DNA of 64,000 nucleotides from Girardia tigrina. Its lineage: Eukaryota. Shown in pieces: positions 12,481-26,755 of this stretch (positions are counted from its first letter, which is position 1; each line of letters begins with the position of its first letter). The notes under the pieces were generated by a model, which was not told where the DNA came from, did not search any database, and saw nothing but the letters and a program-made list of their open reading frames with translations. The translations under genes were made by a program, and so were the position numbers. Where the stretch lies: assembly GCA_001938485.1 (NCBI GenBank), contig MQRK01188858.1:75177-139176 (forward strand). The letters are read 5' to 3'.

Positions 12481-12666
12481 CATGCTGAGTGTGATATAAC
12501 CCACCGGTGGGTCGTTGCTGATTTCCATCTGCAAAAATGGTAATTATATCAACTTTTAGAGTTCTTTTAAATATTCTGTATTATTTTTATAAATGACCCA
12601 TGGGTCGTTTCGCAGCAGATGTAAATCAGCAACGACCCACCGATGGGTCGTATCGCACTCAACGTG
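12481..12666. mobile_element. piggyBac-like palindromic MITE
   Basis: TTAA on both sides and about 50-bp TIRs (catgctgagtgtgat..acccaccggtgggtcgttgctgattt / aaatcagcaacgacccac..atcgcactcaacgtg). Confidence 0.8.
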
Positions 12667-12853
12667 TTAAAGGAAGTCTTTCAAACAACAAAAACATTAA
12701 TCAATCCTAAATTTTCCACGTTTTTATTTGTTAAAAGTTGCAAAAAAACTAAATATATTTTCCATTATTATAACATAATTTCATCAATTTATCTACTATC
12801 ATTAGATTTAATTAAGGTTGAAAAGAAGGTTATAAGGTTTCCAACCTTATATT

Positions 12854-13636
12854 CAGCGGTGGATTTAGCATGGACGGGACCCCTGGCGGTCATAGTGAAT
12901 GGGGGCCCCATAAAAAAATAAAAACCTACATACTTGAAAAAAAATTTATTTTACATGTGTCGTAACCTCGTATGGGGGAACCAGACTTGATGTATCGTTG
13001 GTAGATTGACAATGGCGTATTGGTAACAGATTTAGTATATTGAATAAAAGATGGTTTATAACTATTCCTTTTTCATTTACCTTTATATACTTTTATAATA
13101 ACCCAAAGAGGTAAGTGATCAATATAAAATAAATTATGTATTGAGTAAATTATTCTTTAAAAGGTTACCTCTTTAGGTTAAGACACTAATGTATACTTTA
13201 AGGAATAATTTAAGACTAATTAACCTAATGTGGTATTACTACAACATACAATATAAAATTTATTTCATTGTCATTTTCTTTTATTTCATACAATGTTGTA
13301 AAAAACATTTTTTTTTAAACAAAAAAACTCATTTTTACTGGCTATTTATAGCTACAATAAACCAGGTCCATTGGTTCGTAGCATGCTATAAAAATTGCTT
13401 AAATATTAATTCATAAATATTTTATCTCGATTATCTTTAACCCGAGATTCAAAACACAACAAAAAATATTTCTTATTTACTAATCATCCTTACTAAATTC
13501 TAAGAAATTAGATATACATTTTCCAAGTAAAACAAAAGGTTTATAATAGGTGATCTTTTAAAAAAAAATTTTATTTTTAAACAATCTCGTGGCCCCTGGC
13601 GACAGCCAGGTTTGACACCCGTTAAATCCGCCCCTG
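12854..13636. mobile_element. hAT non-autonomous element
   Basis: Exact 8-bp TSD cttatatt; TIR cagcggtggattta / taaatccgcccctg. Confidence 0.85.
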
Positions 13637-14179
13637 CTTATATTGATAATTTAATTTTGACACGGTAAAATTTATATCCACAAATATAAAAGACAGCAAA
13701 CATTTTTTTTTCAATCCATTCGATTTATGAAGGCGAATACAATTGCATGTCAGCATTGCTTTGTAAAATATTAAAATAACGTTAACGATCGAGTGGTGTT
13801 AATCGTTATGCAGTTAGCGATTGCATAATCACTGCATAACCGGAGTTTTATTTAAACCCGCTTAGCACACTCATTCTTCAGGACGTGTGTTCCGAGCAAG
13901 ACTGTTTGAGTGGGTAGCAACGAGTTACTAGTCATCATATGTGCCGCAATTGATTTCTTGGAACCATATGCATGTTCCAACCAGTTTTCAGTTTGATGTC
14001 TTCATATGAAGATGTCATTCATAATTGCTATCCAGCATATAATACCTATCTCAGAGCTGCAACGTTGAACGTGTTAATGATATTTTCAAAATACTCGTTG
14101 TGTATTAATTTCACATGTTACTCTCGACAATCCTTCTTAAATTGATACTGTTTAAATGTTTTTACATATTGATTACATA

Positions 14180-15102
14180 CATGGTGTGCTCAATAAGTAC
14201 CCGGCTTGACAAAGAAAACGAATTCCAAAAATAGCTACTTTAATAACACAACAAGCTTAACGTAAATAGGCATCATTTTCAACATAATTTAAATTTCTCA
14301 CCACATCCGCCAACAAATAATCAACTCAAGAAACGCCTTATCGAAAAATTCTAGGGAACTGTGGTGAATAAATCCTTCATGAATACCTTCAAATCGTCTC
14401 AGGATTCAACCTGTTTGCCTTTTAAATGCTTCTTTAGGTGTCTAAAGAGGTAAAAATCGCTCGGTACAAAAACTGGGCTATACGGCCGATGATCCACAAG
14501 CACCTTCAATTGTGACCTGAGAAATATCCGTTATATGCACTGGCACAACATAAGTTCAAGTTGTTGAGCTTCGTGCACAGTATTTTCATGGTAATTCTGC
14601 GCTCTTCTTGGACCATCTTCAATTTTTTATCAACTGTGTCAAAAATTTCTTGTGGTCGACCTGATTGCTCTTAATCATAAACGGAGGTGCAACCACCTTT
14701 AAACTCATTACCGTAATATTTAACAGGTTTCAGAGATGGGTTTTAATATCAGTAATTGTTTTAGTTTATGAAAAACATTAAAATTTTTATTGGTGACATT
14801 TTGAATATGAATACTCGGTATATGAATATATATACTGCTTAAAAGCTTACTGCAAAAGATCGTAAATTTCACTGCACGTCTCCTGCAGCACAAAGAACTT
14901 GTTAACACTGTGATATTTGACCTCTGAAATCATCCACCTGATGAAAATTCAAAATTTCATCAATAAAAATTTTAATGTTTTTCATAAAATAAAACAATTA
15001 CTGAAATTAAAACCTATATTAATTTATTTAACAACACAAAAAAACTAAAATTTGCTATGACATTTTTTTAGCTTAGGTCTGGTACTTATTTCACTCACTA
15101 CA
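14180..15102 (-). mobile_element. Degenerate mariner (DD34D) element
   Basis: TA-flanked TIRs catggtgtgctcaataagtacccgg / ctggtacttatttcactcactaca. Minus frame DHRPYSPVFVPSDFYLFRHLKKHLKGK (YSPDLAPSD motif). Confidence 0.8.
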
Positions 15103-16599
15103 TAGTCTGAATTTACATCATTTAGCATTAAATTTTTTGTTAATTTTTTTTACTTATTTTTAATAACATTCTACCTTAGCTCAAGCATTAAGTTCATGTA
15201 ATCACAATTTATGATAACAAAAGCTACTTAATATAATAAATATATCAACATATTTCGATTTACTTCATTTTGAGATTGGACATCCATCAAATTTATGGAT
15301 TCCGTTAAACAAGTGTTGCGTAACTTTCCCCCAGTTTCCGTTATGTCTAGAATAATATTTAATGTTGAATATATTTTATTTAATAATGTACCCAGATTTT
15401 CAAATTTCTTTCTTTTTAATTTTTATTATAGAATTGATAATTTGTTCATGTGATTTTAATTAAGACAAACCTATACAATAATTATAACCACTTAGTGTTA
15501 AATAAGTAAATATTGTAAATTTGAACCCCTATTCAATGTTTTCAACGGATTATTAGTCAATCTGACTTAAAAATGTCAAAAAAACAAATATTTTTGACAG
15601 GCTAACAGTCAGATATCTTTATCTTTGGTGAGAATTACTGTTTTGATTAATATGCAGATAAATAATTTCATTGGGTCGTCTTCACTATTATAAAGTCCAA
15701 TGTAATCTCATCCGATTGGATAAAACGATAAGGACAATTATACACTCTCGATGAAGACATCTTTTTTATATGATGAAGTGAAATTAAACTATCAGCCAAA
15801 CGATTCTCACTCAATGTAATTGTATCTTAACTGGGCAGCATCGTCCATCGTAGCAACTCTGCTCCAAGGAACTAGATTTTACTTTTCATCCTCCTGAAGA
15901 TCATAATATAAACATAGCGCCTGGAAGACATAACTTCCACCTTATCACAATCACTTTTGTCATAACCAGTTGTTTGTCATTTATTTCAAGAAAAATATTT
16001 ATTCTTTCTTTGTGGAATTGTATAAAGGAATACATGATCAAATTCACTGTAACAATAAATTATGTACTTAACAATTTTTTGACTCAATTTTAGTCACATA
16101 ATTTTAATATAGGACATTCATTCGTTTCTCTTACAAACAATTTAATAAATCATTCGTTTGATTTTTTTTCCATTGCTAATGGCTTTTTAAATCACAATGT
16201 TTTATTTTCAATATATTTTTAATATATTATTACATTTAACAAAGTAATAAAATAATGAAAATATATTTCCATGCACCAATACTAATATATTTTTAGGGCT
16301 ATAATAAATACTCATAAGTTTCAAGATTTTATTAAATTTCTCAATGGTTGTCGAATCTTGGGAATTTTAGTTAATATTTACGTAAAAAGTAACGAATAAA
16401 AGTATTATTTTGAAAAAATAATTTTGTTAAAGGTTTCTTAAGAAATTGATTATCGTACATGTTTCAGGATTCTCTATTTCATCATCAAAAATTATAATTT
16501 AATATTTGTTAGTTTTAATGTGGGATTTAGGGAATAATTTTTTTAATATATTTTAATTATTGAAAATATTGTTGGATAATAATGACAAAATGTTTTTAA

Positions 16600-17625
16600 A
16601 TTTAATTAAAAATTTTAAGATTTGAAACGGCTTTAATTTTTCAATTTTGAATGTTTATTAATGGATTTTAGTGTCTATCGCTCATTATGGGAATCAAACC
16701 ATTCTATAAAGAGAACACTCATCCTTTGACAGAAGAGATTCTATTTTCACAAAGTAATCAACGATTAGGAATCTTACTCGATCGACTTGATTATGAATGC
16801 TCACTAGAAGGGGTTTTGAAATGACGATTTATCTATCCAATGTAAACCTCGTTCCTTCTTTCAGGTATTAAGTCTATAGACTTTTTAAGAAAATCCGGGA
16901 CGCTGACGGTGCCTTTATATCACTCCACCTATGAAGTTAATGACATGGTACTTCTACGCCGGATAACTGGCATCATTGCAACACTGCTTTTCAAGTAACA
17001 TCGCCTTTATAGGACGTTATAGCCGTTATACCACAGCCGTTTCGTTATCAGCATGTAATAACTTGCAACTAATTCCAGTATTTAAACTTTTTAATTCACG
17101 TAACAAAATTCAAATATGCCTTCATTTGTTAATAAATTCGCGTCTTGTCTTCCTAAGGCCTCAACTGCTAAACATATTGGTCCTAAAGCTTTAAGAAGCT
17201 CTACAATAATACTATATTCTGCTTCATGTACATTCCACATGTGAGAAGCATTGATATCATTCAGAGCTAAAATAACACATTGTTTTAAATGTACAAATCT
17301 TTCTATCATAGCTTCTAAACTATTTCACCTTGTTTGACAGTCATGATTGCAAACAATAATAATTCCAAACATTGTGAGCTAAAAATAAATGTTTCACATG
17401 ATAATATATAATGAAAAAAATACAATAAGATAGTCCAAATTCAAATTGTGTATATAATCAATATCATTTAAACAATAATAAATTTAATAATTTTATATAA
17501 TTTTCAAAATTTTTCATAAAATTTTCAATATTTTGGACAAAATTCTTTCTTAAATTAATATTATCATTGATAATTAAAATTTTATTATAAACTAAAAGAC
17601 CGGTTTTCAAAAACCGACAAACCCT
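16600..17625 (-). mobile_element. hAT transposase relic
   Basis: Minus frames TR*NSLEAMIERFVHLK...LLKALGPICLAVEALGRQDANLL. Terminal tagggtttgtcggtttttgaaaaccgg at about 17600-17625. Left boundary is approximate. Confidence 0.65.
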
Positions 17626-18517
17626 AATAACGACTACTTATGGTACAGGTACAATTAAAGGGTATTGATAAAACTTTGACAAACTATCTTTGGATTCTGT
17701 AATAACTCTCACAACTTCTTCGATGCTTAATAGATTTCCTATTTAGGGTTTTTTGCCATTTTAGATTTTTGGAATAATACTTGTTGGATGATTATTTCAT
17801 AATATTTAAATGTTTATTTATTAAACATATTAACACAAATGTTTAAATAAACAACATTTTTATAATGAACCTATAATCATCTTTATTGTGTAGGTCTAAT
17901 GATTAATCTGTGTAACGTTTATGGTATATTTCGGATTAATTGTAATTTTTCACCTGTTTCAATGCCAAGTTAAAAAAAGAATTAATATATCTTTTAAAAT
18001 GGTTAAACATATACAAAATGTATAGGAATGTTACTAGTCTAACAAAGATTAAAAATAAGGAAGATTTAAGATTTATGAAAATTTTCCTAAATTCCTAAAG
18101 AAAAGATTTTATAAAAGAAATGTTTTAACTGTTTATTTATTTGTTGTTCATCCGTTCCTTCTGGAAGACCATTCGTTATTTGGTCATTCGAGTGGGTGGA
18201 CGAACAGTTTCAAATGTCTTAACAATAATTATTATAAGATTCAATTTGTAATAATGAAAAATGATACAGTTTCCGTTAACTTACTTTCGTAGTACATCGT
18301 GTAAAGTGTTTAAAATATTTTATTTTTTATGATTGTATAAAATATTACGATTAGTTGGAAATATTTAAGCTATAGCATTAAATATTTAAATATTAATAAA
18401 ATGTATTATGTTATAGCGAGTTTGGTAAGAATGACTTCTGGCAATTTAGTATGAATCGATAATAATTACTGGTTAAAATATGAATAACAAGTGAGTTTTG
18501 ACAGAATTTGTTAAATA

Positions 18518-19230
18518 CGGATCCACGTCAATTGGTCATGGAAAATTCGTCGGGACACAATTCGTCGGGGTGACAATTCGTTGGGACGACAATTCGTCGG
18601 ATATTTTTTGTCGGGGCAACAATTCGTCGGGGATTTATGGAATTTTTTGCATGAAAATTTTTTTGACAAAACATGGAATCTCAATTGAATTAATACCATA
18701 AAAAGTGATGCCCCGACAAAATAACGCTATGAAAATGAAAAACTCGGGTAAATTTCAGAAAAAATGAAAAATTCAAGTAAAATTTAGAGAAAATGAAAAC
18801 TTCAATTTTAAAGTATTATTTAAAATATTTAACGTAAAGTTTTTAATTTGATTTTAATCTTAAATAATAGTTAATTATTTAAATTTCAATCAAGGAAGTG
18901 AAAATTAACTAATTCTCCGTAGCCAAAAAAATATATTTAGATATTTTTTATATCGTCCAGTGATTATATATTTATTTTGGAAAAAGAATATATATATGTT
19001 TATATTTTATTCTATTATTTTATATTTTATTATATACAGAATTTTGTTCTAAAATTTACTTGAATCTTAAAATTAAAAATCGAAAGTCAATTAAAATTGT
19101 TTATTAATTTCGACGGATTAACTGTCATCTTCAGAACAAATAAAAAAATCAGTTGTTCTGAAGATAATATCATAAATCCCGACGAATTGTCGTCTCGACA
19201 AAAAATCCCCGACCAATTGACGCGTTCCCG
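18518..19230. mobile_element. Non-autonomous DNA transposon (MULE-like) with subterminal 15-16 bp tandem repeats
   Basis: TIR cggatccacgtcaattggtc / gaccaattgacgcgttcccg, arrays of acaattcgtcggg inverted at the two ends, and flanking ttaaata duplicated. Confidence 0.75.
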
Positions 19231-20539
19231 TTAAATATAAGGGGTAGTCACTAAATAGTTGACCTAGGCAAGGAATTGCACCATTACAAATTTCAGTGTG
19301 TTTAAACCATAAACTTAAAGCAAACAACTTTTTAATTAAAAAAATAACTAATTATCATCAAATATCGTCCAGTGATTATATATTTATTTTGGAAAAAGAA
19401 AACAAACTATGAGATGAACACCAAATTGAAGTGAAGTACACCCTTAGTATCAAGTATTATTTATTGACAACTAAATATAAAACGGCTGTGCAAGCATTTG
19501 AAGGATGAGTGTCTAGTCGTACAAATTATGCCACCAGACCAGAAATGGTCAATGATCAATTATTACTTAGCACGAAATATTTGAGATTGTGGGAATTTTA
19601 ACTACACCGTTACTGATCATTTACATGATTATATGGAAACTCTCTACCAGATTGGTTCCATATTTGCTTTTTCTCAAAATAAAACTTGATTGTCTGATCT
19701 TTTCGAATAAATGGTTTTGTGGCTAAGAGATGTAATTCATATGAAGAAGTCATCGGTAATTTATTTTGAGAACTTCAATAAATCGCATTGTTTTGAGGGT
19801 CTTAAATAGGAGATTATGAAAAAGTAAATATGAGATTAAAGTAAAATAGTTTTGTTTTCTTGTCTAGGTTGATGACTTTTCAACCGCCACGCATACCAAT
19901 CATGATATTTAGAATTTCTTAGAAATAATTTAATTCGATGGATATTTTTAAAAATATTTATTTATGATGTCTTCTCAATGGAGTTTTTCCATTTCATATG
20001 TTGTTTTCAATTTATCTTTGCATTATTTTTTATTTCTATTCCACTTTATTTCGATATTTTATCTTAGTTTTCCTTTTCAAGTATTCGATTATTATTCATA
20101 CTTTACTGTTTTATTATATCCTGAAAAATTCGTGTTATTTTTAGGCAAACAAGAAGTTATGACATAAATGCATCTGAAATGAAACGAGAAACGTTCTGTA
20201 TTCTTCAATAAATTATTTGCGCTTTGAATTTTTATGTTTTCTATCGTTGCAAAAACCATCATATTATGCATTCTTATTTTGTGGTTCTTAAAACAAAATC
20301 AGGAATTTTCGTAGAATAAATATTTTGTCAGACTTTTTTTTACTTTTGTCATTTGTCAAGATTGTTCCTACTTGAAAGATTAATTAGATTCTTTAACCTT
20401 TTCCTGTGCTACTTTGATCAGATCAGTTTTACTTAATACGTACTTCACGCATTTGTATGTTGTTTATGACATCCTTTGTCAATACCAAGTTACGTGTGTA
20501 ACAGATATTAAGATATGAGCTTATATAAAGTTTTTATTA

Positions 20540-20756
20540 CCGTATTTTCGCGCATATAACCCGCAAGTCATGTGTGATTTTATCTACGCTCCACGCTACT
20601 CGCAGGGTATAAAAATAGGCGGTGTATCCTAAAAATAATTTACATGATAACAACTAACATTTCAGGATGATAAACAGCGGATAAAATGTGTTTTTACATA
20701 CTCCAAATGTCCCTGGTGATGAAAAAATTATGCGGGTTATATGCGCGAAAATACGG
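20540..20756. mobile_element. pogo/Tigger-type MITE
   Basis: Perfect TIR ccgtattttcgcgcatataacccgca with TA duplication. Confidence 0.9.
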
Positions 20757-21502
20757 TAGTTTTGTTTATTTTGTCAGAATATTGGTACACGTATGTCATC
20801 GTTTTGATTCTACCCTATACTTATGTTTGGTTCACAAGGTATTTAAAATTATTTAAAATTTTTGTAACAAATTAATTGACAATTTTAACAAAGGCATTTT
20901 ATCGAGAATAAGTGTACCGGGATTTTCTATAAATAAGTGTATGCTCTTGTATTTAGTTTTTAGGTTTTTAGGTGTTCCACAAAATAGGCACATGTCTTAT
21001 TTTTGGAAACTGCCATTTTTAACTTGAAATTGACCAATTATTTTTTTGATCAATTCATATGAAAGCAAAAGAATCCACGCAGGTGCGCTTATGTTCGCAA
21101 AATTATAGATACGGTTAATTTTTCTTCAAGTTTGCCTGACTTTTTATTTTCTATTTCATAAACAAATTGGCATATTGTGATTCTATTTTTCTAGTTATCT
21201 CAAAGAAGATCGCTTTATATTATGTAACTAAGTCCAATAAAGTGTTAAAATATGTATTTGACACCGTTTGTAATGTATAAACAGTTTAATAAATATTATA
21301 TTCTATTATATTAACATTTTTTTAATAATTATACTTTATATAAATCATATTTTAGGGGTACTTTATTTTCGAATTTGTCAAAAACTGATTTGGTGAACCT
21401 ATATCGATCATAATAAACTACAATGATTTCATAGATCCGTTCTAAAATTAAAATATAATTGAACAATTAGGATTATTTATACAATTTGTTTTATTTATTT
21501 AG

Positions 21503-21824
21503 ATTTACACCGAGTGCTGCCCATGCAGCTAGATATAAAAGTCCCGGTAAATCAGACACGTTTCCCCCTGATAAACACGCGGATCCTCAGTTACCGAATT
21601 ATCAATCCATCAATACCCCTGATTCCAAGCATCAGACTTACACTCCAGCAGAATCCCAAATGGAATTCCCTTACTGCAATGATCAGGCTATTATTGATTC
21701 TACAAAACGTGTTATAGAATGGCAGAAAAAGAACGCTGATGTTATATCAAAAGAAAGTAAACAAAATGAAAAAATCTATCAACCAATTCATCCACAAGTC
21801 AATAATGATGCTCGAATTCAAAAA
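21503..21824 (+). CDS. PARD3: Probable Par-3 C-terminal-region exon (may instead read through to the stop at 21866)
   Basis: Acceptor tttag|a is phase-compatible with the 6205 donor (gc+a). Open hydrophilic frame FTPSAAHAARYKSPG...KRVIEWQKKN...RIQK. Candidate donor AAA|gtaaat. Confidence 0.7.
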
Positions 21825-23470
21825 GTAAATTATTACAGACAATTCCGTATTTTATTTTGTTATTAATTAATATTTAAACTTCTATTTTCGTATGATATTT
21901 AGTAAATAAAAAAAATGATTCTAGGACATTTCATCACATTTTTTTATTTTTTTCGTGGATAATTCATCTCACCTGCTTTAATATTGAACTAAACCCCAAA
22001 TTATTATTCATTTAATTTAAAAAAAAATTCAAAATTATTCGAACAATCTTTTTATAAACAATTATAATGAACTAAATGAAAGATAAATATTAAACAGTAA
22101 TCAAACTTTATATCATAAAAATTAAAATATTTTCAAACTGTAGATCTGAAATCAAGGGAGGATTAAAAAGATCAATCGATTTGATCTCCTGTAGTTTTCA
22201 ACCTTACACCTGATCTGCTTTTAAAGTTGTGTATATTTTTTCACTGTCTTCTTTGACTGATAAGTGTGGCCTTTGAAACGTTCGCAGTTTGCATGACCGT
22301 TTAATTTATTTTTCCTTGAAACAAAATCCGCATTGATAGATAGTTTCATAAGAGCAATTGTAGAAGGCTGGGATGTCATTCTTGAATTGAGCTTGTAGAT
22401 GTTGTTGTCAATTGCTAATTCATTTTGACTACAAACACCTTAAGAAATAAAGCAGGTCTGTAGCTTTTTCTGAGGCCAGGTATTCGTCTCAAATAAACAA
22501 TTAGGTACTCTTGTTGGGACATATTTGCAGCTAATTCCTAAAATGATTCCGGAATGTTGGTATGTGTAGGTAGAAAGAACGTCAGTCGTAGTTTTTTTTA
22601 ATTTTTTGCTGATTTCGACTTAAGTGACGAAAAATAAAAAAACCTTGTTCGGAACATTACACGACTTCGTTTGCGATTATTTTATCTTTTACTTTTTAAT
22701 GATAAATTGAGCTTTAGCTATTAGGGCATTTCCATTATGAGAATGCTTTATTACCCTATTCCCAGTAGTCTTAATTAAGACCTTGCATTTCAATTATTGA
22801 TATTGGCAACATCCCAATTATATTTGCATGGATAAATTTTCCCTGTGTTTCCAATATTCAAAGTCGCAACTTATAAGGTTCGCCACACATAGTAAATCTT
22901 TATTCAAATTCTTCTATACCTGTACTATCAAAAATGGTTGAATTTGAATTTAAACTAATTCAGTTTTTTTTATTAATTGAATTCATTATAATAATACTTG
23001 TATTATTCAAAGGAAAAATTATTTGATATCAAATTATCATGAATCATCCAAAAGAAAAATAAAAGTGTGATCACTAATCCTGTAATGAAACATGAAATAA
23101 ATTAAGAGCAGTTAATTGATCTTAAATTGGTTTTAGAATTACATTATTTTAATAACTATTTAAATCGTAGTAGAATAAGAAGCTTTAAGACAATAAAATA
23201 AGTATAACGTCTCCGAAACGGAAGTAATGGAAGTTCCTAATTCCAATACTTGTTCATTATACACTCTATGAGAACGGAAATTTGTATGAAACGCTGAATT
23301 TAATAATTTTGTAACTTCTGTGGTTTAAGGGTTGATCCCCTTTGGTTGACTTTTGAGTCCAAACAAAATGCACATACCATTTTAGATAAGCATAAAAAAT
23401 AAGAATCTACAATTCGATCCTCGTTTTCTATTTTGTAAATACATGTTGCTTTAGAGACTAAAATTTAGAT

Positions 23471-23850
23471 CAGTGGTTTTCAACCAACTATGAAAGATGA
23501 GCCCTCCCGTCCTCATAATATCTTGCCGTGACCCCCACCAATGTACTTCAGAAAACGTTACACCAAAGTGATACATTTGCTTTATTTTTAGTTGGTTCAC
23601 AACATGTCAATGTGGGGTAATGTCTTGCTCAGTGTATAGCATAACTCACTGTCAAGATCAGCTAATTGGCTTCTGAACGTCGTTTTGAATTACCAAAAGG
23701 CTAGAGAAACCTAGTTCGGTATGACTGTATAATGAATCAAAAAACTGATAAGATGCATAACGTTTTGAATTAAAATAATGACCTCGCGACCCCCTAACAA
23801 TCCTGCTTGTGACCCAATGGAGGTGGCGACCCACTGTTTGAGAACCGCTA
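23471..23850. mobile_element. hAT (Charlie-like) MITE
   Basis: Exact 8-bp TSD atttagat; TIR cagtggttttcaacc / tttgagaaccgcta; gacccc subterminal motifs. Confidence 0.85.
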
Positions 23851-24602
23851 ATTTAGATCTTTTAGATTAAGCCGTACTGTACAAAATATAAAACGAGCAT
23901 AAAATTGTAGATTTTAGTTTTCGTATTCGTTTAGTCTAAACTTTTAACTGTAATTTGAAGTAAAATTTGCTTAAAATATCGCAATATTTATTTTTGTAGA
24001 TTTTAAAATAAAATAATTATAATAATTATCTTTTTCTAGAGTACTTTTGCAGCTTTTTCGGAACGAAAGCCTAAAATGATATAATTATTTGTCATTATTA
24101 TTATCAACACATTTGCGTACGCTATGAATCTCATACAGAATATTTATACAAAAAATTGTTCCATTTAGTGCTGTTTCATCTTCCTTGTTTTCTATTAATG
24201 GCGTCGGCTACTGTTATTTTTTATAAACAGCGATGACCTAGCAGAACAAATTGAAAATACTGTCATTTACAGTTTTTGTCAAAAAATGTTCTCTAAATTC
24301 ATTTTTAATTGTGTGGTTTGATGGTCAGTCAAAGATTGTAAAACGTAGAAAGTAATATCATAAGGATATCCATCAATTAAAAATAAAAAATCAAATGTCA
24401 TAATGTTTAGGATATGAATATTTTCTATTTATCAAGAATTTATGTTGAATAAAGTTTAAAAAAATATAATTTTATACTATTGGAGGTATATAGTACAATA
24501 AATTACTTTTAATTATCTTGAAACTACTTGTATAAGGATTGCTCTTTAGATAACCATCGACAATATAACTGATCAAAAATATTTTACCTTGTAATAATAC
24601 CT

Positions 24603-25135
24603 GTTATTAAGAATACCAACATGGCTTTTCGAACTTTTATTTTCAATACAATTAGAATTGTCTTTTGGAGAACTCTCAGCAAAGCTTTCGTAATTCGACA
24701 TCGTTCTAAATTGATGAATTTTAGTTTATGTTTTTTAATAAACAATTATTCGAACAAATTTTACATTATTTTCAAATTTTATTTTTAAAGTTCAAATTTT
24801 GTAATTTTAGTAATAATTTATCTACATATTAATTTTATTTAAAAAAGATTTTATGTAACGAAAGAACATTAATTTTATTTAAAACTTAGTTAAAAGTTAT
24901 TTACTTTATTTAAATTTTTAATATGAAAATTTTAAACGATTTAATATTTTTAAAGTTTTTTAAATATCTTATTCTGTACTTTAAAATGCAAATTATGCTC
25001 GAATAATTATTTATCGTGAACATCCAAAATATCAATTTTCCATCTGGGTGGGAAAAACACATTTCCAAATACTAAACTCAACATACAAATTTCAACAAAC
25101 CAATTTCAACATACCAAATTTAAAATATTCCTCAC
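24603..25135. repeat. Interspersed DNA-transposon-like repeat, copy 2
   Basis: Direct-orientation homologue of 3417-3938. Confidence 0.75.
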
Positions 25136-25592
25136 CTGTGATTCATAGTTTTATTATCTATAAATTTTTCAGATAATTATTAATCCCTTTAGTGGCCAAA
25201 ATATGTAATCATATAATATTTGAAGAGAAACCCTTTAAACGTTCTTTTAGTTCATTATTGAAATCAGTCTATACCTAACATATTTTTAAAATTAATAACA
25301 GATGTCGAGCCTCGTAAATTTGCTTATACTTGAATGACGTAGTGTTTAGAATCAGTTCATCCGGATATAATAGTGAAAACAAAGTCCTATCAAGCCGCCT
25401 GTCTGCTGGTTGATTTTAGAATTTGGTGTTAAGAATCTATGATTTTTCTAATCTAAATCCTACCTGTTTCAATGATGTATAATCTTTTTTTATAAAAATA
25501 ATAATAATAAACAATATGTACAATCTAATATTTTATTGACAAATAAAGTTTCGTAACATTTTTTTGCAATATAACGATGGCTACTATATATA

Positions 25593-26755
25593 CGTGGCTC
25601 ATTCCAAAATGACTCGGACTAGATAGAAAAAAGGAATACTAGTTCATTGATTTTGTGGTATTGGTAACACTAATACAAAAAGTTGATTGAACTCACTATT
25701 TATATTTCACATAGCAGATATGTCTATGTTTGTTTTTATTTTTTATTTAAATTTTTGTAGAATACAGACCTTTCTGAATGAGAACATTGAAGAAATATTT
25801 TGTGATGTGACGTATACTTATAAAGACAACTGTCCTTCGAAATTAACAATATACAAATGGATCTAAAAATGTAAAAATCTGAGTTAGTCTGTAGAAAGAT
25901 TTTTCAAATTTAGGTCGACCTGTGAAAATTTACGATTACAAAATTTCCAAATGTGAATCCTAGATTCGACAGGACAAGTGTATTAAAGTTTCAGAGTTTT
26001 TTTTGAAAAGTTGTGCATTTCTGTTAATTCATTTTACAACATTACTTCTAACTTGGGTCATGGAAAGTTGAAGTCTTTATTTGTGAAAAAATTCTTAAAC
26101 CAAAAACGAGAGTATGCAATTCACAACTCCCAACTTAGAAATTTTCGACCGTTTAGTGAACAATTCATTTCAAACTAATTTCTGAGGATGAATATCGTCG
26201 TTCAAATTTTTACCAGAGACCAAGCGTGGTTTAAGTTGCAAAAGATTTGTAAAAAAAACCTCCGTTTAAATTAAAATCCGGACTCTTGCATTGCAAATTG
26301 TTTGTGGTTGCCTGTGTTCTGGGATCAAACAGGTATTATCCATACTAGTTGCGTATTATTGATGATCATTATTATTATATTACCGTTCCAGTATATGCAG
26401 CAATATTAAATAAATGCAGGAAAAGGCTGTTTTTGCATTTTTCTAATGTTACCATTTCAGCTATCCACGACTGCAGCTTCATATCCCTATCATCCATCTT
26501 ACAGCCACTTTATGATGTCTTCAGTCTTTTATTTATTTAAGCACTTGGAAAATGACATGTGTGGGATGTATTTTTGTTATATTAAAGACGTATATTATTA
26601 TATTAAAGACGAAAGCTAATAGTGGTTGATTGTGTTTGCATAGAAAAGTGATTGGTATGTATTCTTAGCTACTATTTATTAACTGTTAAATGTAATTTTA
26701 TTGCTTTAAGTTTTTTCTATCACTTACAGTTCAAGTCATTTTTATATGAATCACG
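25593..26755 (+). mobile_element. Highly degenerate mariner element
   Basis: TA-flanked TIRs cgtggctcattccaaaatgactcggact / agttcaagtcatttttatatgaatcacg, about 1.16 kb, with traces of IYKW..GRP and LFLHFDN-like motifs. Confidence 0.65.

Noticed and set aside
18540-18635. CRISPR-like short repeat array (acaattcgtcggg)
   Set aside because: Repeats are head-to-tail without unique spacers and are mirrored at 19178-19215. They are subterminal repeats of a DNA transposon in a eukaryote with no cas genes.
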